Positions 1-10,328 of a DNA stretch of 62,509 nt are shown here, in pieces; the stretch's first letter is position 1; each line of letters begins with the position of its first letter. The position numbers and the translations under genes were made by a program. The stretch covers positions 1 to 62,509 of the forward strand of contig WOZK01000007.1 in NCBI GenBank assembly GCA_011620275.1, given 5' to 3'. The DNA comes from Candidatus Omnitrophota bacterium. Lineage in GTDB: Bacteria; Omnitrophota; Gorgyraeia; Gygaellales; Profunditerraquicolaceae. Under the pieces are notes generated by a model. It ran no database searches and was not told where the DNA came from. It worked only from the letters and a program-made list of their open reading frames with translations.

Positions 1-103
1 TCGTCTTGAGACGAAAATAACCTGGCAGTTTACAAAAAGCAAAGCCCGTGACAAAGTGAACCGGCATTATCAATATATTAAAAACTAATTTGACAGCGCA
101 CTA
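1..103 (+). mobile_element. 3' end of an IS630-family element (transposase C-terminus 2-88 plus right end)
   Basis: Frame from base 2 reads RLETKITWQFTKSKARDKVNRHY..stop(86-88), matching the IS630 C-terminal I-x-W-Q-F-T...A-R motif; followed by TTGACAGCGCACTA ending in TA, the IS630 target dinucleotide. Confidence 0.7.
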
Positions 104-105
104 GT

Positions 106-432
106 TTGACCGACGTAGCTAATGCCGAAGCGCAACTTGCACCTTCTACGCCGTCTTTGGCAGCGCCTCTATTGACATATCAGGGTATTCGGGAGTTTCA
201 GAATCTTTGGCTCTCTCGTTTAGATGCGTGCGGTGAGATCAGCTGGCCCAGTGAAGATAAAGAAAACTGTAAAGATGAATATTCAGACAGCGGGTGGTGG
301 GCAAAAGGCTTTGGGTATTGGGGCAGCCAAGATGCGCGGGGCGCCTTTACTGCGTATGACGCAAGAATCCTTGGCACTATGATAGCTTATGATAGGTCTC
401 TTGGTCTTAATACGCGAGGGGGCTTAGTCTAA
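106..432 (+). pseudogene. Autotransporter fragment (linker helix and first beta-strands)
   Basis: AQLAP...SRLD...GWWAKGFGYWGSQDARGAFTAYDARILGTMIAYD resembles the start of an autotransporter beta-domain; cut at the 5' end by the IS and far too short for a barrel. Confidence 0.65.
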
Positions 433-500
433 ATCGCGGCCTTGCTTGCAATCATCTTTTTCCCACCATTCCTTCGCTTTCTCTTTAATGCAATTTTCCT

Positions 501-1277
501 TTATACAACAACCTTGGGATACATATACGCACTCAGAAACGATATAGCAAATGTAACGATAACAAGAATAGCTATGTCAAAAGGAAGCCGCGATACGTCT
601 CCGGTAACCAACAGAGCACGAAGACCATCAACCATATAGCTAAGAGGATTGATGTTGGCTACCACTTGAAGCCATGAAGGCATAATTGAAATCGGATATA
701 TTGCATTCGAGGCGAAAAATAACGGCAGGGTGATAACTTGTCCTATTCCCATGAACCGCTCGCGAGTCTTTACTATGGAGGCGATAATCATTGATAACCC
801 GGTAAAAAAGCTGGCGCCAAGCATCGTGATGATTACTACCCCAAGAATCGAAAACAGTGTAATCCGAAGATGAATTTGTAAGATAAGGGTAAAAAGGAAA
901 ATGATGATCGCTTGGCTTAACCCGCGCATGCCAGCAGAAATCATTTTCCCCCACACCAGCGCCAAGCGGGGAGTTGGAGTAACTAAGATTTTTTGCAGTA
1001 ACCCCATGTCGCGTTCCCAGATAATTGCCAAACCATAGAATATCGAAACAAACGTTATTGATTGAGTTAGAATGCCGGGAGTGATAAATTGTAAGTAAGT
1101 AAATCCCTGAGTCGGGATTGCCCGAATTTTGCTCATTGCTTCTCCAAAAATACCTAACCATAAAATAGGCTGTACGGCTCGAGTGATTAGTTCCGTTGGG
1201 TCATGCAGGAGTTTTCTTATTTCTATTTCAGCCATCACCCATGTTTTAATGATAAGTTGCGCGATATAATTCAGCAT
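501..1277 (-). CDS. ABC-2 type exporter permease (DrrB-like)
   Basis: YLQFITPGIL, IIWERDMG, NPLSYMVDGLR motifs; about 6 TM segments. Confidence 0.92.
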   Translation of the reverse strand: MLNYIAQLIIKTWVMAEIEIRKLLHDPTELITRAVQPILWLGIFGEAMSKIRAIPTQGFTYLQFITPGILTQSITFVSIFYGLAIIWERDMGLLQKILVTPTPRLALVWGKMISAGMRGLSQAIIIFLFTLILQIHLRITLFSILGVVIITMLGASFFTGLSMIIASIVKTRERFMGIGQVITLPLFFASNAIYPISIMPSWLQVVANINPLSYMVDGLRALLVTGDVSRLPFDIAILVIVTFAISFLSAYMYPKVVV

Positions 1278-1281
1278 AAAT

Positions 1282-2085
1282 TTAGCCCAATCTATGGTGT
1301 ATTTGTCTTGTCCTTTTTATCTCACGGAAATTGCCGTTACTCTGGAGCTCATTTCCAGTAAAGAAGATAAAGGCATCTTCAAGCGTAGCATCTTTCTTGT
1401 TGGTTTTTTCTTTTAGTTCCGAAACTGAGCCGATAACGGCAATTTGGCCGGTATTCATAATCGCAACTCTATCACAGGCCTCTTCCGCTTCTTCCATATT
1501 GTGTGTAGAAAAGAAGATTGTTGTACCAAAGGTATTGCGCAGCTCGACTAGGTGCTCCCATATATTGCGTTTTGCTATAGGGTCAAGCCCGGTGGTCGGT
1601 TCATCCAGAAAAAGCAGATGGGGATTATGCAGCATGGCCTGGCCTACTTCTAGTTTACGGATCATGCCTCCGGAAAGTGTCCGCACGAGTGATCGGGCAT
1701 ATTTTTCCAGCTTAAGAAATGCGAGCATTTCCTTAATGCGCCTATTGCATTCACGGTAAGGAACATCATAAAGATGGGCCATAAGCATCAGGTTTTCTTG
1801 TGCGGTAAGCGCTCCGTCAACAGAAATCATCTGAGGTACGTAGCCAATGACTTTGCGCACTTCAGCCGGATGATGGATTATACTATATCCGTTAATGGCT
1901 GCATCACCGCTTGTTGGCGCAAGCAGAGTAATGAGCATCCTTATTGTAGTAGTCTTCCCGGCTCCATTTGGCCCCAAAAAAGCAAAGATCTCTGATTGCT
2001 TAATTTCAAATGAGATATTCTTAACCGCCTGGACTGAGCCGAAATTCTTGGATAAATTATTAACCCGAATTATTATCTCATCCAT
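1282..2085 (-). CDS. ABC exporter ATP-binding subunit (DrrA-like)
   Basis: Walker A GPNGAGKTT, signature LSGGM, Walker B LFLDEPT. Confidence 0.95.
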   Translation of the reverse strand: MDEIIIRVNNLSKNFGSVQAVKNISFEIKQSEIFAFLGPNGAGKTTTIRMLITLLAPTSGDAAINGYSIIHHPAEVRKVIGYVPQMISVDGALTAQENLMLMAHLYDVPYRECNRRIKEMLAFLKLEKYARSLVRTLSGGMIRKLEVGQAMLHNPHLLFLDEPTTGLDPIAKRNIWEHLVELRNTFGTTIFFSTHNMEEAEEACDRVAIMNTGQIAVIGSVSELKEKTNKKDATLEDAFIFFTGNELQSNGNFREIKRTRQIHHRLG

Positions 2086-2210
2086 ATTTTATAGCCAGCC
2101 TTTATCTTTCCAGTAGCGATACTCCCCTTGTCAAATCTAATCCTAAGCTGCTCGCTTTATTTTTGGATTCTTCGGTTAGCGGAAACACAAACCCACGAGG
2201 AGGATTACCT

Positions 2211-2445
2211 ATGAGTCACTATACCACAGTTTTGAATGAAATGCTAAATTATGTACCCAGAGAGATACGAATTCCAAAAAGCCGTTTCAGAGACTAAAAC
2301 CGAATATCACTCAAGAGGCTTTAGTTCCTGGAACCACTTTGTTTCTATGCTTTTTGGCCAACTTGCCGGTCAGGATAGCCTGCGTGGTATTGAGGCCGGA
2401 CTTGCTACCCAATCCGAGAATCTCTACCAGAATCTCTACCATCTG
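2211..2445 (+). pseudogene. IS4-family (DUF4372 N-terminal domain) transposase remnant
   Basis: ATG 2211 after RBS GAGGAGG: MSHYTTVLNEMLNYVPR, frameshift, then YEFQKAV...FSSWNHFVSMLFGQLAGQDSLRGIEAGL; truncated. Confidence 0.8.
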
Positions 2446-2454
2446 ATAATCTAT

Positions 2455-2506
2455 TTGACAATTTGAGCGATTATAATATAATTGTAAGTGAGTATTTACT
2501 TACAAT
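2455..2506 (+). promoter_or_regulatory. sigma70 promoter with TetR-type operator
   Basis: TTGACA 2455-2460, TATAAT 2477-2482; palindrome ATTGTAAGT-N8-ACTTACAAT at 2481-2506 just upstream of the tetR-family gene. Confidence 0.75.
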
Positions 2507-2518
2507 GAGAACTTTAAG

Positions 2519-3121
2519 ATGAAAGCAAAAACGGACTCCAGTAAATCTATTCGTCGGCAAGAAATTATTAATGCTGCCAGAAAAATAATAAGTTCAAGGG
2601 GAATAGAGAACCTTACTGTGCGTAAAATAGCCGATGATCTCAGGGTAACTGATGGAGCTCTCTACCGGCATTTTAAGAGCAAGAAAGAGATTGTAAGTAT
2701 TTTAATAGATGACATCGGGAAGACCCTGCTAATTACTATTGAAGAAGCCGCTAAAGAATCAGAGAAGCCGTTGCATAAGTTGTCCGATATTTTTGTATCC
2801 CATCTTTCTTATGCAGAACAAAGAAAAGGGATTACTTTTATTGTTATTAATGAAACCTTGAATCTTAAAGATAAGAGTCTCCGAAGGAAAATGTTCGGAG
2901 TTATTAATAAATACCTCAAGATGATAAAGGCAATACTTGTTGAGGGAGTTGATTCTGGAATATTTCGGAAGGATTTGGATATTACCACTGCGAGTATCGT
3001 TTTTTTTGGTATGGTGCAATCAATAGTTACTCTTTGGGCTCTGAGTGGTTCCAAGCATTCTTTACGAAAAGATCGCCTGGATGAGTTGTTTAGTATTTAC
3101 ACAAAAGGAGTTATGCGATAG
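2519..3121 (+). CDS. TetR/AcrR family transcriptional regulator
   Basis: N-terminal HTH GIENLTVRKIADDLRVTDGALYRHFKSK. Confidence 0.95.
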   Translation: MKAKTDSSKSIRRQEIINAARKIISSRGIENLTVRKIADDLRVTDGALYRHFKSKKEIVSILIDDIGKTLLITIEEAAKESEKPLHKLSDIFVSHLSYAEQRKGITFIVINETLNLKDKSLRRKMFGVINKYLKMIKAILVEGVDSGIFRKDLDITTASIVFFGMVQSIVTLWALSGSKHSLRKDRLDELFSIYTKGVMR

Positions 3122-3239
3122 ATAATCTTTTGTCGAAAGGATAATAATCGTTTAAGTAGTCTGGAAATCATTCGGGATTTCCGGAGGATTTAGATGGTCG
3201 GGCCGCCATCTTGCAGGTAATGCGGGATGGCTTTATTTT

Positions 3240-5405
3240 ATGGAAAATCACACAAAGAAAATTAGAGTTTGGCCGGGGCGTCCTAGCCCTTTGGGGGCTT
3301 ATTGGGATGGCAAAGGCACAAATTTTGCGCTTTTTTCGGAAGGCGCTACTAAAGTGGAGCTATGCCTTTTTGAATCACCTGAAAGCCGTAGCGAGTCGCG
3401 CCGGATTCCGGTGATTGAGAACACTGATAGAGTTTGGCATTGTTATTTACCTGAGGTAGGGCCTGGGCAGCTTTATGGTTATCGTGTTTCTGGGCTGCAT
3501 AATCCTGAATTAGGGCATAGGTTTAATCCGAATAAAGTTATTCTTGATCCATACGCTAAGGCGATCGGCAGGGGGCTGTGCTGGCGCGATGAGATGTTTG
3601 GTTACAAAATCGGAAATGCCCAAGAGGATCTGTCTTTTGATGAACGGGACAACGCCGCCTTTGCGCCGCTTGCCGCGGTTATTGATAATAGTTTTGACTG
3701 GAAAGATGATGCTTCGCTCAAGATCCCCTGGCATAGAACTTTGATTTACGAACTTCATGTAAAAGGATTTACTATCCAGAATCCGAAAGTACCGCAGGAT
3801 TTAAGAGGAACTTACACGGGATTGGCTATTGACTCGGTAGTTAATTACCTAAAAGAACTGGGAGTTACCGCCGTGGAACTTATGCCTACTCATTACCATA
3901 TTGACGATAGGCATCTTACGGTAAAAGGTTTAAGCAACTATTGGGGTTACAACACGTTATCTTTTTTTGCTCCCGACATGCGTTACGCGTCTTCGCATAT
4001 TCCTCAAGAAGCTGTTAATGAATTCAAGAATATGGTTCTATCTCTCCATCGAGCAGGGATTGAAGTGATTTTGGATGTCGTTTACAACCATACGGCAGAG
4101 GGTAATCAAATGGGGCCGACACTGTCGTTACGCGGAATAGATAATGTTTCGTATTATCGGCTTTCCCCCAAAAACCAGCGATATTATGAAGATTTTACGG
4201 GGTGCGGCAACACGCTTAATGTGCGGCATCCTCGCGTTGTTCAATTAATCATGGATAGTTTACGCTACTGGGCGCTTGAAATGCACGTTGACGGTTTTAG
4301 GTTTGATTTGGCGAGCGCGCTTGCCAGGGAACTGTACGCTGTGGATAAACTGAGCGCGTTTTTTGACGTAATCTGTCAGGACCCTGTTTTGTCACAAGTT
4401 AAGCTGATCGCGGAACCCTGGGATCTCGGCCAGGGCGGATATCAAGTCGGTAATTTTCCGGTTGGATGGACTGAGTGGAATGGAAAATACCGCGATGCGA
4501 TGCGCAGATTCTGGAAAGGGGACGGCGGCACGACAGGCGAATTCGCTACTCGTTTAAGCGGCTCAAGCGACCTTTATGAACAGAGCGGGCGCAGGCCATA
4601 CGCCAGCGTTAATTTCATTACCTGCCATGATGGTTTTACTCTTGAGGACTTAACCAGTTATAATCAAAAGCATAATGAGGCTAATGGCGAGAATAATAAT
4701 GACGGTGCCAATGATAATAACAGCTGGAACTGTGGCATAGAAGGTGCTACCAAAGACGCGTCAATTATTGATTTGCGTGAGCGTCAAAAGCGGAATTTTC
4801 TTGCTACGCTTCTTTTGTCCCAAGGGGTGCCTATGGTTCTTGCGGGTGATGAAATCGGACGTACTCAGAAAGGAAATAACAACACATATTGCCAGGATAA
4901 TGAATTAAGCTGGATTGATTGGGATTTGACCGAAAATAAAAAAAATCTGCTTGATTTTGTCCGCAGGCTGATTCGCTTACGAAGAGAGCAGCCTGTTTTT
5001 CGAAGAAGGAAATTCTTTCAGGGGCGGGATATCCGGGGTTCGGAAGCCAAAGATATTATTTGGTTTGATGTTAATGGACAGGAGATGACCGATGAAAAAT
5101 GGAATTCTGCCTGGGTCAAGTGTCTTGGAGTTGTTCTGGCCGGGGATACGATACAGGAGACGGATGAGTACGGCGAGCGCATCATCGGAGACACCTTGCT
5201 TTTATTGATGAATTCGTCGCAGGAGGATATTGTTTTTACTTTACCCGCTTACCGAGAGGGTGTGGAGTGGAAACTTATTTTAGATACTTTTGATCCGCGC
5301 GCGGAAGTCATAACTTTAGCCGGACTAAACGGATATAATTTAAGAGGCCGTTCCCTGTCCGTTTTTTTTCTTACGGAAAAACCAGTCAAGAATGGAAAAA
5401 AATGA
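3240..5405 (+). CDS. glgX: Glycogen debranching enzyme (GH13 isoamylase)
   Basis: NYWGYNT, DVVYNHTAEG, DGFRFDLA, KLIAEPWD, NFITCHDGFTL. Confidence 0.97.
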   Translation: MENHTKKIRVWPGRPSPLGAYWDGKGTNFALFSEGATKVELCLFESPESRSESRRIPVIENTDRVWHCYLPEVGPGQLYGYRVSGLHNPELGHRFNPNKVILDPYAKAIGRGLCWRDEMFGYKIGNAQEDLSFDERDNAAFAPLAAVIDNSFDWKDDASLKIPWHRTLIYELHVKGFTIQNPKVPQDLRGTYTGLAIDSVVNYLKELGVTAVELMPTHYHIDDRHLTVKGLSNYWGYNTLSFFAPDMRYASSHIPQEAVNEFKNMVLSLHRAGIEVILDVVYNHTAEGNQMGPTLSLRGIDNVSYYRLSPKNQRYYEDFTGCGNTLNVRHPRVVQLIMDSLRYWALEMHVDGFRFDLASALARELYAVDKLSAFFDVICQDPVLSQVKLIAEPWDLGQGGYQVGNFPVGWTEWNGKYRDAMRRFWKGDGGTTGEFATRLSGSSDLYEQSGRRPYASVNFITCHDGFTLEDLTSYNQKHNEANGENNNDGANDNNSWNCGIEGATKDASIIDLRERQKRNFLATLLLSQGVPMVLAGDEIGRTQKGNNNTYCQDNELSWIDWDLTENKKNLLDFVRRLIRLRREQPVFRRRKFFQGRDIRGSEAKDIIWFDVNGQEMTDEKWNSAWVKCLGVVLAGDTIQETDEYGERIIGDTLLLLMNSSQEDIVFTLPAYREGVEWKLILDTFDPRAEVITLAGLNGYNLRGRSLSVFFLTEKPVKNGKK

Positions 5406-8400
5406 GCCAAGATAAACTGAGTAAATGCGGACAATCGGGAACAGAGCCTGCTAAAATTATCTTTAGCGAAGAGAAATTACGGTCCCTGATTCTTAAAATG
5501 ATACGAGTTATCTTTATCCCATCGTCAGTTTACCGCATTCAGCTAAACCGTGATTTTACCTTTAAGCACGTCACGGTCTTGGTCCCGTATTTAAAAGAAC
5601 TTGGCATTGAAGCTGTTTATTGCTCTCCCTATTTTCAGGCCGTTCCCGGGAGTATGCATGGATACAATGTGATTAATCCAAATTCAATTAATCCCGAGAT
5701 TGGAACGTCCGAAGAATATTCGAATTTCTGTGATGTCCTTGCGAAGAATGACATGGGGCATATTCTGGATGTGGTTCCTAATCATATGGGGGTTATGGGT
5801 AAAAACAACCGCTGGTGGCTTGACGTGCTGGAAAACGGCCTCTGTTCATTTTACGCGCAGTATTTCGACATTGATTGGAAGCCTATAAAACAGGAACTTT
5901 GGGGTAAAGTTCTTTTGCCGATTTTGGGTGATTTTTACGGGAAGGTCCTGGAAAATCAGGAAATACGCATTATTTTTCAAGATGGTGGATTTACCGCCTT
6001 TTATCATGATCACTGTTTTCCGATTGACCCTAAGACCTACGCGGTTATCTTAGAGGGCGATATAGACAAGCTCGTGAAAGAGATGGGTCAAGACAATCAG
6101 GATTATTCGGAATATTTAAGCGTTATCACGGCTTTTAAAAATTTGCCTCCTGCCTCCGAATGTTTGCCGGAAAAGATAATCGAGCGCAGCCGGGAAAAAG
6201 AGATCGCTAAGCGCAGGTTGGCGGCGCTTGCGGAACGCTCCGAAAAAATTAGCAGTTTCATAGAAGAACGCGTGCGTTTTTTTAACGGGAATAAAGACGA
6301 CCCAAAAAGCTTTGACGCGCTCGATCACCTTTTGAACTTGCAATCGTACCGTCTTGCTTTTTGGTCGGTGGCTTCGCAGGAGATTAATTACCGTCGTTTT
6401 TTTGATATTAATGAACTCGGAGCTATTCGTACCGAGGATGAAAAAGTTTTCAAGGCATACCATGAGATGCTTTATAAACTCATCAAAGAAGGAAAGGTCA
6501 ATGGACTGCGTATCGATCATCCTGATGGATTGTATGATCCTTCAAAATATTTTATTCGACTTCAGCGCGAGTATCTTTTGCAAATGATATTGAAAGAATC
6601 GGAAGAAGAATTTCGTAAAAAAGGGGAAGATTCCGCGCAGATTGATGAAGATGCAACCCGTGAGACTTTGGAGCGTTTGCTTGCCAATGAATTTTCTGCT
6701 TCACCCGCTCTTTATGTGGTAGCCGAAAAAATCCTGGGAAGCAGGGAATCCCTGCCTGAGAATTGGAGCATTCATGGAACTGTTGGGTACGAATTCTTGA
6801 ATGCGGTAAACGGCCTTTTTGTTGATGCCAAAAACCAAGAGGCATTCGGGAAACTGTATGAAGGCTATATCGGTCATACGATAGATTTTGATGAATTGGC
6901 CTACAACAAAAAGAAGTTTTTCGGTTTAGTTCCCATGGCGAGCGAAATAAACGCGTTGGGACACCGTTTAGACCGCATCTCTGAGACAAACAGAAATTAC
7001 AGGGATTTTACCAGAAATGATCTTACGGTTGCGATACGAGAAGTTATCGCTGGTTTTTCAGTTTACAGGACTTATGTGTCCCCGGACAGCGCAAGTGTTT
7101 CAGAGAGAGATGAGAAATATATATGCGCGGCCGTTGAAAAGGCCCGAGCCAAGACCCCTGCCTTGAATCCCGCAGTATACGATTTTTTGAAAGATGTGCT
7201 TCTCTTGCGCGTTAAAATCGAAGCGGGCAGCGATGAAGCAAACCTTTATAAGGACTTCGTATTGCGGTTCCAGCAGTTAACAGGGCCTATTATGGCCAAA
7301 GGAGTGGAAGATACTTCTTTTTATGTATACAACCGGCTTTTATCTCTTAATGAAGTGGGCGGAGATCCTTTTTGTTTTGGATGCACCAGGAAGAAATTCC
7401 ACCAACAGAACATCGAGCGCAACAAGCGTTGGCCTTGCAGTATGATAAATTCCTCCACGCACGATACCAAACGCAGTGAAGACGTACGGATGAGGATTAA
7501 TGTTTTAAGCGAAATACCTGAGGAATGGAAGCTGAAAATCAACGAATGGGGCGAATTAAATCGTCAATTTAAGACTGCCATAGATGGAATTTCAGAGCCG
7601 CGCCCTAACACCGAATATTTTATTTATCAAACGCTTATCGGCGCGTGGCCCGATGAAGATTTATCGCGCGATGCTACGGATTCTTTTATTGAGCGTATCT
7701 GGCAGTATACGTTAAAGGCTGTCCGGGAGGCAAAAATTTATACCAGTTGGTCTAAGCCTGATACCGCGTATGAGGAAGCGGTTAATCGGTTTATAAAAGC
7801 GATCTTGACTCAATCTGATTCTAACCATTTTTTAAAGACGTTTCTTCCTTTTCAGAAAAAGATTTCATTTTTTGGAAAACTTAACGGCCTTTCTGCCACT
7901 TTGTTAAAAATAGCCTCTCCCGGAGTTGTGGATATTTACCAAGGGAATGAGACATGGTGCTATGCGCTGGTAGATCCCGATAACAGGCGCAGCGTTGATT
8001 TCGAGGGCAGGATGCATATGCTTGGCGAGGCGAAAAAAAATCTCGAATCCGGCGCGTCAGAGAATCTTTCAGCGCGCTTATTTGCTTTAGAAAATCTAGG
8101 GCGGCTTAAACTTATCTATACGTGGAAAACTCTTACTTTTCGAAGGCAGAATAAGGATTTATTTGTCGGGGGAGAGTATATTCCGGTAGAAGTTAAGGGC
8201 GATAAAGAGAGAAATATCGTCGCGTTCGTTCGTAAGCGCGGTAAAAAAATAGCGCTGGCAGTTGCCGCTAGATTTTTCACCTCGTGCTTGTCGAATACGG
8301 AAATGAGCTTTTCACCGGATTTCTGGAAAGGCACGGAACTCATTTGGCCTAAAGATTTGGAGCTTCCAGAAAAACTGAAGGACGTTGTATTCGCTGATAG

Positions 8401-8497
8401 CGTAGACATTGTAAAGCGGGATCGAGAAGTAACACTTAAGATTGATGGTTTATTCAAACATGCCTGTGCGTGCCTTTTAACGAACAATGAAGAATAA
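5402..8497 (+). CDS. treY: Malto-oligosyltrehalose synthase
   Basis: SMHGYNV, DVVPNHMG, INYRRFFDI, GLRIDHPDGLYDP, STHDTKRSED, LVDPDNRR. Confidence 0.96.
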   Translation: MSQDKLSKCGQSGTEPAKIIFSEEKLRSLILKMIRVIFIPSSVYRIQLNRDFTFKHVTVLVPYLKELGIEAVYCSPYFQAVPGSMHGYNVINPNSINPEIGTSEEYSNFCDVLAKNDMGHILDVVPNHMGVMGKNNRWWLDVLENGLCSFYAQYFDIDWKPIKQELWGKVLLPILGDFYGKVLENQEIRIIFQDGGFTAFYHDHCFPIDPKTYAVILEGDIDKLVKEMGQDNQDYSEYLSVITAFKNLPPASECLPEKIIERSREKEIAKRRLAALAERSEKISSFIEERVRFFNGNKDDPKSFDALDHLLNLQSYRLAFWSVASQEINYRRFFDINELGAIRTEDEKVFKAYHEMLYKLIKEGKVNGLRIDHPDGLYDPSKYFIRLQREYLLQMILKESEEEFRKKGEDSAQIDEDATRETLERLLANEFSASPALYVVAEKILGSRESLPENWSIHGTVGYEFLNAVNGLFVDAKNQEAFGKLYEGYIGHTIDFDELAYNKKKFFGLVPMASEINALGHRLDRISETNRNYRDFTRNDLTVAIREVIAGFSVYRTYVSPDSASVSERDEKYICAAVEKARAKTPALNPAVYDFLKDVLLLRVKIEAGSDEANLYKDFVLRFQQLTGPIMAKGVEDTSFYVYNRLLSLNEVGGDPFCFGCTRKKFHQQNIERNKRWPCSMINSSTHDTKRSEDVRMRINVLSEIPEEWKLKINEWGELNRQFKTAIDGISEPRPNTEYFIYQTLIGAWPDEDLSRDATDSFIERIWQYTLKAVREAKIYTSWSKPDTAYEEAVNRFIKAILTQSDSNHFLKTFLPFQKKISFFGKLNGLSATLLKIASPGVVDIYQGNETWCYALVDPDNRRSVDFEGRMHMLGEAKKNLESGASENLSARLFALENLGRLKLIYTWKTLTFRRQNKDLFVGGEYIPVEVKGDKERNIVAFVRKRGKKIALAVAARFFTSCLSNTEMSFSPDFWKGTELIWPKDLELPEKLKDVVFADSVDIVKRDREVTLKIDGLFKHACACLLTNNEE

Positions 8498-10307
8498 TAT
8501 GGAGTTAATAGGGACTAAAAAGCTGGGCGCTAATTTTTATTCATTTAGGGTGTGGGCTCCGCGTTGCTCTAAAGTTGAGCTAAAATTGTTTTTTGAGCCC
8601 TCGGAGACTTTGGTCGTTATGGAGAAAGAAAACCAAGGTTATTTTCGCGCGGAAGTCCCGGAGGTCTCGCCCGGTACGCGATATGTATTTATTTTAGACG
8701 GGCATAAAGAATGCCCTGATCCCGCGTCGCGCTTTCAACCCGAGGGCGTCCATGGCCCTTCTTGCGTGGTGGACCCCGAGAATTACAAATGGAAAGACCT
8801 TAAGTGGAAAGGCGTAGCCTTAAAGGATTTAATTCTTTATGAAGCGCATATAGGAACGTTTACGCCGGAAGGGACTTTTGACGCGGCTGTTAAGAAGTTA
8901 CCTTATCTTAAAAAGCTGGGCATTACCTGTCTTGAAATTATGCCTGTGGCGCAATTTCCCGGCAAAAGAAACTGGGGATATGACGGAGTCGGGCTTTTTG
9001 CAGTTCAGAATAGTTACGGCGGGCCCGAAGCGTTTAAGAGGCTTATAGACGCCTGCCACCGGATGGGGATTGCAGTTTGTCTTGATGTTGTTTACAATCA
9101 TTTAGGCCCCGAAGGCAATTATTTGCATGATTACGGGCCTTATTTTACCAAGAAATACCATACTCCCTGGGGAGACGCTATTAATTTTGATGATCGCGAA
9201 AGTGATCATGTGAGACGTTTTGTGATTCAGAATGCTCTTTATTGGATTACTGAATACCATATCGATGTATTAAGGCTGGATGCTATCCATGGGATATACG
9301 ATTTCAGCGCCAAGCACATTTTGAGGGAGATAAACGATGCGGTAGAGAGCGTGGCTCAGAAACTCGGTCGTCGTGTTTCTATTATTGCTGAAAGCGACTT
9401 GAATGATTCTCGGATTATCCGGGATAAAAAACTGGGAGGATACGGATTAGCCGGGCAATGGAGCGACGACTTCCATCATGCCATGCACGCGTATCTTACC
9501 GGAGAGCATCAAGGATATTACGAGGATTTCGATCGCCTTGCAGATATCACTAAAGCAATCAAGGATGGATTTGTCTACGATGGGAAATATTCAGCCTTTC
9601 GAAAACGGCATCACGGGAATTTCGTTAAAAAATTGGCTCCGGAAAAGTTGGTTGTTTGTATCCAGAATCACGATCAGGTCGGAAACCGCGCGTTTGGCGA
9701 GCGGCTATCAGAGCTTGTTGATTTTGATAAACAGAAGATTGCCGCCGCCATTTTAATTCTATCTCCGCATACTCCATTACTTTTTATGGGGCAGGAATAC
9801 GCGGAAAAAGCGCCCTTTCAATATTTTATTGATCATAAAGACCTCGGGCTTATTCAGGCCGTACGGGATGGGAGGAAAAGAGAGTTCGCGGCTTTCGGTT
9901 TTAAAGATATTCCCGATCCTGAGTCTAAGAAGGCGTTTCTAAATTCTAAACTCAGGTGGGATTTCAAGAGTACGCAAGAACAACGCTGTTTATTGCGCCT
10001 TTACAGAGATTTGATCGTTCTAAGAAAATCAATGCTTTCGCAAAAACGCCTTTTAGGAGTTTGGCATAATGAATTTGAGAAGTGGTTAGCTGTTGAATAT
10101 GCGTGTGGAAAATTTAATTTAGGGATGATTGTTTCTTTCTCAAACCGTGGCCAATATATTCATTCTCCCTTTGGTCAAAGGCATTTCCGCCAAGTATTAA
10201 ATACCTCATATAAGGCTTATGGCGGGAAAGTAATGAAACGAACGGTTTCCCATGGTGGAGATATATATATGCCGCCCTGCTCTGCGGTCGCGGGAGAAAT
10301 AAGATAA
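8487..10307 (+). CDS. treZ: Malto-oligosyltrehalose trehalohydrolase (start may be 8499)
   Basis: PDPASRFQPEGVHGPS, RNWGYDGV, RLDAIH, QNHDQVGNRA. Confidence 0.96.
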   Translation: MKNNMELIGTKKLGANFYSFRVWAPRCSKVELKLFFEPSETLVVMEKENQGYFRAEVPEVSPGTRYVFILDGHKECPDPASRFQPEGVHGPSCVVDPENYKWKDLKWKGVALKDLILYEAHIGTFTPEGTFDAAVKKLPYLKKLGITCLEIMPVAQFPGKRNWGYDGVGLFAVQNSYGGPEAFKRLIDACHRMGIAVCLDVVYNHLGPEGNYLHDYGPYFTKKYHTPWGDAINFDDRESDHVRRFVIQNALYWITEYHIDVLRLDAIHGIYDFSAKHILREINDAVESVAQKLGRRVSIIAESDLNDSRIIRDKKLGGYGLAGQWSDDFHHAMHAYLTGEHQGYYEDFDRLADITKAIKDGFVYDGKYSAFRKRHHGNFVKKLAPEKLVVCIQNHDQVGNRAFGERLSELVDFDKQKIAAAILILSPHTPLLFMGQEYAEKAPFQYFIDHKDLGLIQAVRDGRKREFAAFGFKDIPDPESKKAFLNSKLRWDFKSTQEQRCLLRLYRDLIVLRKSMLSQKRLLGVWHNEFEKWLAVEYACGKFNLGMIVSFSNRGQYIHSPFGQRHFRQVLNTSYKAYGGKVMKRTVSHGGDIYMPPCSAVAGEIR

Positions 10308-10328
10308 AAATTACCAGAGGAGGTTGAT

